Positions 13,948-25,012 of a stretch of DNA of 64,000 nucleotides are shown here, in pieces. A model generated the notes under the pieces. It saw nothing but the letters and a program-made list of their open reading frames with translations, was not told the DNA's origin and ran no database searches. Made by a program: the position numbers and the translations under genes. Where the stretch lies: assembly GCA_002189035.1 (NCBI GenBank), contig NEEC01000007.1:2046001-2110000 (forward strand). The letters are read 5' to 3'. Numbering within the stretch: position 1 is the first letter of the stretch; each line of letters opens with the position of its first letter. This DNA comes from Utricularia gibba (Eukaryota; Plantae; Magnoliophyta).

Positions 13948-15001
13948 TTCTTGCGGCCTTTTACACTGATGAATCCCAATTCAAATTTTGGAATATCAAC
14001 TCAAATCCTACCCCATATCTACTTTCATTTCATTTCAGTCATCTTACCGAGATTCAAGGGAAGGGAAGGTGATGGGGATGAACCCAGGTAAGCATTTCAA
14101 GAAAACACCCCTAACTCCCCAAGAAACCGCAAAAGGCAACCATCCAATTCTTCACATGAACACCAATAATTAACCTAGTTCCTGATTGTAGCATGAAAAT
14201 GAAGCACGAGACGTACCACCCCTCAGACGCGGAAGGAGGAAACCATCAACAGATGAAACTGCAAAACAAGTTTTTGTGGAAGACTCACATGTGAAAAGGC
14301 AGAGCCTTCAAGTTGACCAAGTAAAACCCCAAGGTAGGCGCAGTTACTATACAGAAAACAGAACATTCCGCAGAACGACATCCAACACGAAGACAAGGCA
14401 AAGATATTTATATGTTAGTGATAGGGAGTGCAATCATGCAATGCCACTGACGCTATCTTCTCTTAATTACAAATGCAACCCCCTTAATCTTTCACATAAT
14501 GCCTGATGATTAAATTTAAATACACTAATAATCGGCTATAATAAAAATATCTTTTTTAAAATATATTTAATCATCTTTAAATTATTTATTATAATTTAAA
14601 TATAAAATCGTGAAAATTCATTATTATACACTAGAAGAATTGAATTGAATTCTGGGTAAGAACATATTAAACTTGAATCTATATTTTATGGATTTATTTT
14701 AATAAATTTTATAAAAAATTAAAAGTCACAATTATTTTAAAATAAATATAATTCGAAATTAATAAACATGATTCAAAATTATGAATAAATCAAATAACGC
14801 ATTTAAATCATTTTTAAAACAATGAATGTTGACATCGAACGTCTATTTTGTGGGTTGTTCAATTAGTTTTTTTAAAATAACTTATTTCGACATATTTTAC
14901 TATTTGACTTCTTCCATATTTTACTATTCGATTAAAATTTTGGGTTTAAAGCGAATTATTTAATTAGAAGATATATTAGAATTAAAATAATAAAAAAATG
15001 C

Positions 15002-16016
15002 TCATCCTCGAGCCTGGCTCAGATTGGCTGAACGCGAGGTGACAAAGAGAAGGAGATGAAAGAGCATGAGCAGCATCGACGTCGCCACAAGGAATCTCCC
15101 GAGCTTCCGCCACTTCCTCTCCAGGGATCTCACGAACCCTTGCTTGCACGAGTCGCAGTCGTAGCACAATCGCGACTCTCGGTTCTCCCATCGGTCGCAG
15201 TCCTGGTTCCCTCTTCCCTCCCCGTTCTTGATCCAGAATGTCGCGTTCTGGTACACCATTTCGCAGATCGACGGCGGTTTGCAGCACCCCGACTTTGAAT
15301 CCAGCGTCCAAACGTCAGTGAAAAGGGAAGAACGCATCCCCAACAGTAGAATAATTAGTGACTCGTACCTCGATTGGGGACAGTTTAATGGCGGTCGAGT
15401 TGTACGGACTCATTCCTTTGTATTCCATCCTTGCTATAAAGGCTCTGCAGAACTCGGCCTTGTACAAGCAAGGCTTGATGCTGCTCCAGTTTTCCACTTC
15501 CACGACTTGCGCCTTCAACCATTCCGGCGAGCCGGGGACTCGCCTGGTTTCGGCTCGAAAGCTTCCACTTAAGGAAATCCCCACGACGAACATTACCACC
15601 AGTGGGAGCATCACGACGATCACCCCGAGTCCCAGCCACCGGCTCCGTACGCCAACGATCACGTTGCTCAGGAAGAACATGACAATCAGGCCAACCGCGA
15701 CGCCGGTTTGAAGCTGGGGGAGGGTCTTGAGAAGCCCCTCGCACACGTACTCGTGGACATACAGGAGCCAGATGGACTCGAACAAGAGTGGGAAGGAGAG
15801 GAGGAAGGTGATCAATGCCACCGAGAGCACGATGTACCTCATGTTGGCCGATTTACTCGAATACGAGCTTCCGTCCTCCGGCACCAATTCCGGCTTCTTT
15901 CCGTCCACGGCTTCTTCTATCCGCTTCTCTTCCAGTACGGTAACAACGACGCTCTCAGGCGCGCCTTTGCGATCCTGATCTTTGCTTTCGTCGATCATCT
16001 TGCTGCTGTCAGCCAT
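15002..16016 (-). CDS. Tetraspanin, divergent TET15-like
   Basis: ATG at 16016, with an extended N-terminus followed by TM helices. A single intron (15368-15293) lies at the tetraspanin position LSPIE|SGCCKPP. The plant signature DC..W.N....LCY.CDSCK.G is followed by a final TM helix. Confidence 0.88.
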
Positions 16017-17905
16017 GATGAGTGCCAGCGAGGGTGAGCTTCGAAGGTTTAAGTGAAGGCGGAAACAGCAACAGATCCACAATTTGCTGCAAAATGTACA
16101 TAGCGAGTGTTTCTAGGGTCGGATGTTGACAATGGAACAAGTCACAAGTTCCAAATTTTTTTAAAAATTATTAAAAATTAATAATTTTTTAATTTATTAA
16201 CAAATTATTTCAGTCACAAGTTGGAAAATATTTCAGTAAAATTACTAAAAAATTAATATGATAAAATAAAATAAATTTATTTTTAATTTAATCAAAATTC
16301 AAGATAATTATATATATGATTATTCAATAAGTAATCTCTATATATATTTAGAAAATGAATAATATTAAAAAATAATATATAAAAGAAATATATATTTTTT
16401 TATGCTTCCGTTTATAAGAAAGTGATTACAGGAGTTGGATAGTTTCATAACATCACAATAAAAGTTTTAAAAAAATTAATTCTGAAAAAAAAATTAGAAT
16501 GGCTATTTACAAAAAAAAATAAAAAATAAATTGTCCCATGTGTTTGGTTACTTTAGTCGGATCCGGTTTTCTAGGCGGATGGGCCCATCCATGTGCGTGC
16601 ACCCGTGCCATGTGTTAGGGCATCTAAGGATAAAAATATAAATGATTTAAAACAGTGTCCCCATAAAAAATAATAATAAAAAACACAGTTTATTACCCAA
16701 TAATACAATTATTCTAATTTTAATTACATATAATTATTTATCAAATTTTTTACTTTACCAACCAGAAAAATCATGTTCATGATACATAGTAAAGTTCTAA
16801 ATAATAATAATATTTATAATAAAATAGCTTAAAGGGACCTTTTTTCGTTGTCTTCAATGATTCAGATTGGGGAGAAGGCAACTCGATGCAGTAATTATTC
16901 CTGCAGGATGTTTGTTGGACAATTGTGTTCACGGAAGGTGGGCCCGTTGAATTATTTTTCTTAAAAAAAAATATACTAACAAAACCATTCTTGTCATTAC
17001 TAACTTTTAAGATTATGTTACATGATTTTGTCCCAAAACTCGTTCATTCAGAATTTAATTGCAGCATAATCATTCTTTCTAATCCGCTCCCTACATGGGT
17101 AACAATAGGGAGTCTTTGGTTAATGAAAATGGGATAAAAAGGTTTAATTTATTTATAAGTTTAAATAAAGGTAAAGCAGAAAGATTCGCTTTTTAGATAA
17201 TGTTTATAGGTAATTATTAAAATTGAGATTAAGTTGTATTAAGTAAAATAATTAGGGTATCTGGTTTTAAATACTATAATTTAAAATCCACGAATTAAAT
17301 ATTCTATAATTTATAATATTATTTTTAAATCTATCCAATATCATGAACCAAATAATATGATATAGGGTAAGAGAAAAAGCGAAAAAAAACAAGAATCCAC
17401 GAGGATAATAAGTTCATTCTGTGGAGTTGTAGCGTATCCTCAGCTCTGGGCTTGAATTGGAGCTCCCGGGTGTTTTCCGGTGAAATGTGAAGTCGGAACA
17501 GAGTTTTGACATGGGTTGAAAAAATGGAAAATGACAAGGAGGGTACTCTTCTGGAGCTTATTTTAAGGGTTTCCTAACATGCAAGTGGACCCTGAGCTTC
17601 CATGTGCGACCATGTGGTGTGTTTTCCTCATCACTTCGAATAAATGGACCTGCTTCGCTTCATTCTTCTTCGTTCCTGCGGTTGCATCCACCAGGAGAAA
17701 CCATTTTCTCAACGCTTGTCTCTTCCCAATCCAGGTAGTTTTTTCGTGTCTTGAGTCTATCGCTTTTTTTCTCTTTAACAAGGGCCAGAATGTGTGTTAT
17801 TAGGCTGTATATCGTTTAACTTTGAATGGGAGTTGAAATCAATTCAGTGTTTGTCCACGTTCTATGCATTCTATGAAGTAAAAAAAAAATGGTCATGAAA
17901 TCAGA

Positions 17906-18440
17906 ATGGGAAGTAACTCCAAGAGGCAAGAGTTCTTCATCAAGTGGATGAAGGGACTGAGAACCTACGCCAACTCGAAGAAGAACATGTCGACTTTCGA
18001 CTGGAAAAGGGCGATAAAATCATCAGCTGACGTGGCCATAGCCTCCACCGGAACTCCCTCCATGAACTGGACTCGAGCTTTGACGGCGGCAGCAGCAAGG
18101 GACGGCGACGAAGCTTCTAGAATCATGGTCGAAGTCGTATCTGGTCACAGAGTGCCGTCCTCCCCAAAGCGAGTAGTATGATCATTTGCAGTAAGAAGAT
18201 TATGCGAAAGAGCCGCATCGTATTGGCGAAAAGGAGGGCGGCAAGGCGGCGCCGGAATCCCAATCTGGTAGCGACGGAGAAGCGAATAAGTACACTTAGA
18301 AAGATCGTTCCAGGGGAGACGCAGCGATCATGGACGAGCTCCGGTTGATCAGGGAAACCCTAGATTACGTCTCTTGGCTTCAGGTTGAAGTTGATGTGAT
18401 GAGAAGTGTCGTTGCTTTGGTTGGGATTGGCAAATCCTAA
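17906..18440 (+). CDS. Atypical non-DNA-binding HLH transcription factor, IBH1-like; two apparent 1-nt deletions
   Basis: N-terminal KRAIKSSADVAIAST...WTRAL, then a basic stretch KKIMRKSR and KRISTLRKIVPG. The HLH half (MDELRLIRETLDYVSWLQVEVDVMRSV) ends at TAA 18438-18440. The three segments lie in three frames. Confidence 0.82.
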
Positions 18441-19899
18441 TTTAATGTACTCTCCATGCCTATAACCCCAACTATTTAATGAAACTTAAATATAATAAAA
18501 AAAATCAAATAAAATCTCTTCAATGTATGTCACGAATGGGCAGAACTGAGCCGAGGTTTCATCAGGTCTGAACTAACGTGGCTGTAATAACTCTCCCTCT
18601 TCTCACCTGTCCATGGAGGCGACCAGAATCACTGAAACTGGGGTCATTTACAAAAGTAGCTATCGAACTTTTTATCTAATTTTTTACATATACAATAATC
18701 ATTTTTCTCATGCACTCAAAATATAGTATTTATTTTGTAATACACCTACCCTTAGTTGTAAGAGAGCGTGAGTGCGACTTGGGGAGTGAAATGAGTAGTC
18801 TCACGTGGTTGAATTTGGGACAGAGGAGTAATGAGAGGCACAATGCGTCACGCCCAGTGCTCCCAAAAGGTGGAACATTCCAAGTTTCAACACCAGCGAG
18901 CGAACTCTGTAGGGGCCGAAATGAAGCAACACTGCCCTCGCACTCTTCCACAACACATCACAACTGCTCATCGAGCCTGCCTTTGTATCCCTATTTCATA
19001 CCAATACAACATGGTCCTCTCGTTTAAAGAGCATTGTGTATAATTATATATTGTACAACGTTCTGTATGGAACGTGTCTTAAAAATACTTATATTGTGGT
19101 CTAGAAAATTTTTGGATGTTATTTTTAATTTTTTTATCAAAAAAAATTTTACACAGAAGACTTTATATTCATGTGTTTGTTTTTTACAAAAATAATTTTT
19201 AAATGTAGTTAAAAATAAGATATAAGTAAAAGTAATAAAACAGTTATTTCTAGTTCCCGTTTTTATTTCTGCAATCTACGTCATTTCTATTTCTATTTTT
19301 TCAAAAAATTTGTATTTCTCTTTTTTATTTTTCCAAAAATAAAAATAATATTCAAAAATTTTCTGAAACACTACTTAATATACTATGTTCTTCTCTATTA
19401 GGGATTTGATTACTATGGAAATTATATTTGGTTGAGTTTATTTTATGATTTTTGGTTATTTTTAGTGATAATATTTTTATTATTTTTTAATCCAACCAAA
19501 TTGTGATGGAAAATAATTGATTAATATTGGAAAATCAAGTAATAATTTAATAATAACACAAATATGAAAAGGGCATTTTTATTTGTATCGATCCTTTTAA
19601 ATTTGAAATTGATTAAAACAATTAAAATTAGAAACATAATTATTATTTAATAGAATTAACCAGAATTGTATTCGGTTTAATTATAAAATGAAATCCACTC
19701 TAAAATCCAACGGCTATTAACGATCTAAATCCATAATATATAAATGCAAATGCAATGGGTTTCGATTAGATGAATTTGGGATAAATTTGACTCAGATTGT
19801 GTTATGAGGTCAACCGGTGGCTGTGGCTTGTAGCATTGGATAAGATTGAGGAGCGACGACGCGGCGGAAAGCTTCTTGTATCCGCTTCAATTGTAGGAA

Positions 19900-21491
19900 A
19901 TGATGTTGTCTTCGTCACCGGTGACGGTTTTTCCGTCTAAGACGTAAGTTTTGGAAGTAAATGTACGAGAGTTGCTGCTACATGAACAGCCCATAGATGA
20001 TCTCGCTTCATTTCATTTATTGATTCGTGAATTGAAGTTGTGAATTGGGGTTTTGGGGTTGTGGGAATGCCTTCTTTTTTGAAGTGGTGCCTACTTCAAA
20101 TATGAGAATCGCTGTTACGTGAAAAACCTATTAATTTCGCTTCATTGAATCTTCAATCAGTGATTTAGCGTGTGTAAATTTCTTTCTTTTATTTTTTAGC
20201 GCCGCTCGTCATTTCTGAGAATCTTTGGGTGTGCACTGCGCATTGACCGATTGGGATGAATCATGTGTCATAGAAAGCTCGTATATCCCAAAGTGCTTTA
20301 TAGAAGAAAGTAGTTTCCAATTAATTTGTTCTTGTTGAGTTATTGGCTTTGATGTGAACTAGCATTGGCTTTTTGAATTTATGGTTCCAAAAGCATGGTT
20401 TCTTTACCATCTTCGATTCTTCATCTTCAACTAGTATATGGATTCATCATTCCTCAGCTTGTTGTTCACATGAGGATAGCCAAAATGTCCCAGGTTGGCC
20501 AATGTTCGCAGGCAGGATATAGGATTGCTTCCTCAGTCAGGGAGGAGGCAAGTGATCCGTGTTGCATCGAATCCTAATGTATGTCCTATTTTGATGATTT
20601 CATGATTTGATACCTCCCTAGCATGTTTCTTGGTATGTTCTCATTCAAATAAGGAAAAGAAGAGTTACTAATGCATGAATATTGTAACTGGCTACCTTTT
20701 TCCTGCTGCTAGTAATTTTGTGTATGGTGGCTGTGCTAGTAACTAGTGTTGCTTTTTGTCTCCTGACACTGGTTTTGGGCGGTAGCTTCTAATTTTCTTT
20801 GAAAGATTAGTGGATTCTCCTACTTCGCTCTTGTTTCTCACAGCTTTAGTTTGAGCTGTTCTGAACCTACATTATCATTCCTAGGATCCTAATCCTGGGA
20901 AACTGTACCCCTTCAAAATGATCAATGTGCCTGCTTCCTGTGCTCCTGGAGGGGAAAAAAATGCTTAATCCGCATTGTCTCGCTTGATCTATTCAGGTCT
21001 CTCCTGATGGCACCAGTTCAAATAAACAAGTCAACATGGTGGATCCACTCGAAGCCAAGAGACTAGCAGTGAAACAGATGGAGCGAATCAAAGCCAAGGA
21101 GAAGTTCAGGGCAAGTGTTACCTCCATTTTGATAAAATACTTCTTCTTCCTCCATGAACCCTCAAAGTCTCCAGATGCTATCTACCGCATTGACATATGA
21201 CATAGCTTCTGTGTCCATAGAAACAACGACGGATCGAAGCTATCAACGGAGCAGGGGCCATGATCGGCTTAACCATCAGTCTAGCCATTGAAGGCCTAAC
21301 TGGAAACAGCATTCTTGGCCAGGTAATGCAGTAATTACGTGGGCCTGTTTTTTTGTTGCTGAGGCAAATCAGATGAGTTGATATCCATGTGAATGACCCA
21401 ACAGTTGGCTGGATATTGGCATGCGCTGTGGCATCTCTTCATAATACTCCCAATAGCAGACTTGATGTTTGTATCTACACAGCAGTTGTAA
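19900..21491 (+). CDS. Plastid LHC-like / stress-enhanced protein (SEP5-like); 5' exon structure uncertain
   Basis: Downstream exons give VDPLEAKRLAVKQMERIKAKEKFR|KQRRIEAINGAGAMIGLTISLAIEGLTGNSILGQ|LAGYW, carrying the chlorophyll-binding E..NG..AMIG motif. A likely transit-peptide exon starts at 19900. Confidence 0.72.
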
Positions 21492-22293
21492 TGGCAATCC
21501 TGTAATTTTGTCTTTGGCCGTCTCCAAAACTACAAAATAAAAGTTATTTAAGTTGATTTAATGAGTTTAATTATAGATTTTAACACTTACACCAGGTTTG
21601 AGTATTTAATGCAGTGTTATAAAGTTGCAGGAAATTTGATTAGATTCAATTTAAATTTATGGTTAAATTAAAAACAGATTTAATTTAATTAAGTAATATT
21701 TTTTTATTGTTATAAAGAATTTATTATATAATTATAAATTGTTTAATCTAATTTAATTTATTATCAAAATAATTTAGCTCAGTTTATTTCTAAATCTAAT
21801 GAGTTCAAGTTTTTTTAAAAAAACACTATTCCAATATATCCGTATATTATTTTTTAAAAAAACAGCTCTCACTCTTGTTTTATAGTAATGTAAAATCAAA
21901 TTAACAAAAATTTAAATATACATTAAAATAAGAGGAAATAAAATTTAAAAAAAAAAAACAATTTGTTGCCCGCTAGCACCGCCAAAAAAGGCCTAATAAA
22001 CAAGTCTTAAATCTTGCAGGCTGTTTTTTGTACTCCACGGCCCCGAGCTGCTTGAAACCCTAGTAGTGTCTTACGCTTGAATTCCGGGACTCGGCCTTCT
22101 TGAAATCGTTGTTTCCGTTCGCTGATCATCGGCGATCAAACTCTTTCGCATGTGAGAATATTTCCTACGCATTGGGCCTTCAGGGTTTCAAGTGATTCGT
22201 TTCGAATGCTGTTGAACCCTGTTCTCGAGTGACATTTGCGGTGCATTTTTTGTACACAGTCTGCTTCGAAAGGGTTCCGCAGGAAGGGCAGCC

Positions 22294-24621
22294 ATGAGCA
22301 AAGGACCAGCCCCTTTTTCTGAAATTGGGAGGCGTGCAAGAGGTAGGCTTGGAATCCATTTCGCATTCTTAGAGAGTTGGTTTAGTTGGGTGCGTGCCGT
22401 AGATATTGATGCGAAATTCTTCATAGTTTGATGGGTTGCAAGTTCCTTAGAAACGCGGACGATACAGAATTCTGTCGTTTTGAACTAGCATTTGGTAACT
22501 TTCCGTCATTTGGTTTTGTAAATTCAAGGAGGAAAAGCATGCGTCAAAAGGGAAAAAATTTGTGTGCTATATTTAGTCTTTCTCCGAACCCTTTTTTTCC
22601 TGGACGTGTAACTGTATGGTTTTAGCTCAGAGTTGTGAATGACTGATAGCATGTCTGAGGTTGCTTTTCGATAGATTTTCAATTTATGGTCCTTTTTCTT
22701 TAGGAAATTCTTGAAAATATGCTGTTTGTGTTTTAATATAAGTCATTCTCCCTCGTTTCCACTTCTTAATGCAGATCTTTTGACTAAGGATTACAATTAC
22801 GATCAGAAGTTCTCTGTCTCAATTCCGAGTTCTGCAGACAGGGTATTGTGATTTAATAATATTTCTGACGTTTCACATTATCCTTTCCCGGGTTATAAAG
22901 AAATTTAAGATGGAGGTCCTTTTTTTAAGAAATAAAAGGATAAAAGTAACCCAAGGATTAGATGTCGGCGGGTAGCTGGAACCAGCTAGTCTCTTCTTCA
23001 ATGTATATCTATGTTCCCTTATAAAAGACACCCCTTAATCTGGTACCTTCGTGCTAGTATTTAACTCGAATTGCCTAGCTTGTTCAGTATTAGCCATTGA
23101 GATGAGTTGATGGTAAATTTTGGAAATCCACTGCTGAAAGTTTTCTCCTTCTCTGACGCATGTGTTTTCCACTATGGCAGGGTATTACTGCAACTGCAAC
23201 TAAGAAGGATCAGATATTTTTTGGTGACCTGAATTTACAGTTCAAGGTGAGAAAACTACAGTTGATGTTAAAGTTGACACTTATTCCAGTGTAAGGAGCA
23301 GTTCTATGATGGTTTTATCACAACTGTTTTACTCTTTGTGTCGGTTACTTTGCTGGTATTATTCCCTCCTTGATGGCGATGAGGATTATTACTTGTTTCT
23401 TTATTTGTGGAAGCTAAACCGCTTGTTCTCCTGCCTTTCTTTAGATCACGACAAAGGTGGCATATGACATTTTGGATGGAACAAAAACAGCTCTCAGTTT
23501 CACCGTGCCTGATCACAAGTCTGGGAAGGTAATTTCTGGATGAAGTGATAAAATGTGGTTTCTCTTGAATTTGATGCTTGCTGATATGGGTTTTTTTTCA
23601 GAAAGCCGTACCTTCTAAGAGAAAATTATAGCTAATGGCTTGATTAATTTGGGGGCTAATTAATACCAATAGTATGGGCATATATCCAGAAGTTCCCAAG
23701 CCTGTCTTTTGAGAGTTTTTCATTATGTTATGTTTTTTCTGTTCCAGCTTGACGTGAATTATCTTCACCCTCATGCTGCATTGAATTCTTCAATTGGGCT
23801 GAATCCAAGTCCTCTCCTGGAAATTGCTGCTGCCGTTGGTTCCAAGGATGTGTCCGTTGGTGGAGAGGTTGGATTCGATACCTCCAGTTCTTCTTTCACC
23901 AAATACAATGCTGGGCTATGCTTCAATAAGCCGGATTTTTCTGCAGCGCTAATCCTGTAAGAAACTGTGCTCCAGTCATCCTTTTATCCCTTTTTTTCAT
24001 AGAAGAAAAATATACAATCCATACTTCGAAGTATAATTTTGAGCATTGGGGGTGCGATTTGCCTCATTTCTCCTGTGTTATTTCTCGCTGGAGCATGGCA
24101 ATTCCATCTTCTCCCTTAAATTTAAAATTCCTTCATTTGTCTGGTTGAATTATGATTTCAACACCGTTTCTACAATTTATCCGTGAGTAACATTGTTCTG
24201 CTGGTATTTCTTACCGGAAGTTTATGAATCTATAACTATATATCTCCTGTCCCCTTTAATGCTGCTACAGATGAAACTAAACATGAAATACTTCTGTGTG
24301 CATCTCTTTTATAGGACTGACAAGGGGAACGCAGTCAAGGCCTCCTACGTCCATTTGGTGAATCCATCCACAGGAACAGAGATTGCTGCTGAGATGGTGC
24401 ACAGGCTGTCCGGCTTGGAGAACAGCTTCACCATCGGGAGTGCCCACAGGGTCGATCCTCGTACCCTGGTCAAGACCCGATTCTCCGACAATGGTCGGAT
24501 GGCGATACTAAGCCAACACGAATGGCGGCCACGATCCCTGGCAACATTCTCAGCGGAATACAACACCAAGGACAGCAATGCTGCTCCCAAGTTCGGCTTC
24601 TCCATTGCTCTGAAGCCCTGA
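22294..24621 (+). CDS. VDAC: Mitochondrial outer membrane porin, VDAC4-like; apparent 1-nt deletion in exon 3
   Basis: Six exons: 22294-22342, 22775-22842, 23181-23290, 23446-23528, 23749-~23957 and ~24315-24621. Motifs include MSKGPAPFSEIGRRARDLLTKDY, PDHKSGKLDVNYLHPHA, KYNAG and HEWRPRS...FGFSIALKP*. Confidence 0.95.
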
Positions 24622-25012
24622 GAGTTGTAGCAGCGTATTTACTTCTCCGGCGGCGTGAGTTGAAGGGACCTTGCCAAGCCAGACAAGGTTTTGTTGCATG
24701 ATTGTGTTCCCAACATAAGTCTTGCCGCCGACATTCTTCCTTGGTTCATGATGGAAAACATGAAATTTATTTATTAAATTATACTATTTTCTGGGAAAAT
24801 ATTTATAAGGACTATTATATAATATCATAGTTATAAAACAAGCCAAACGGAACAGTGGGGAGGAGATTATTATAAAACAAACTTTTGGTGCTTGTTTCAA
24901 TAAAGTACAAATATAAGGATTCGGATGAAATTTCGATAAAATCTGAAACTGAAAAAAGATCTGAAATTCTCAGACCTCGGTGGGCGGCGCACCACCGCCA
25001 CTCGCTGTCGCG

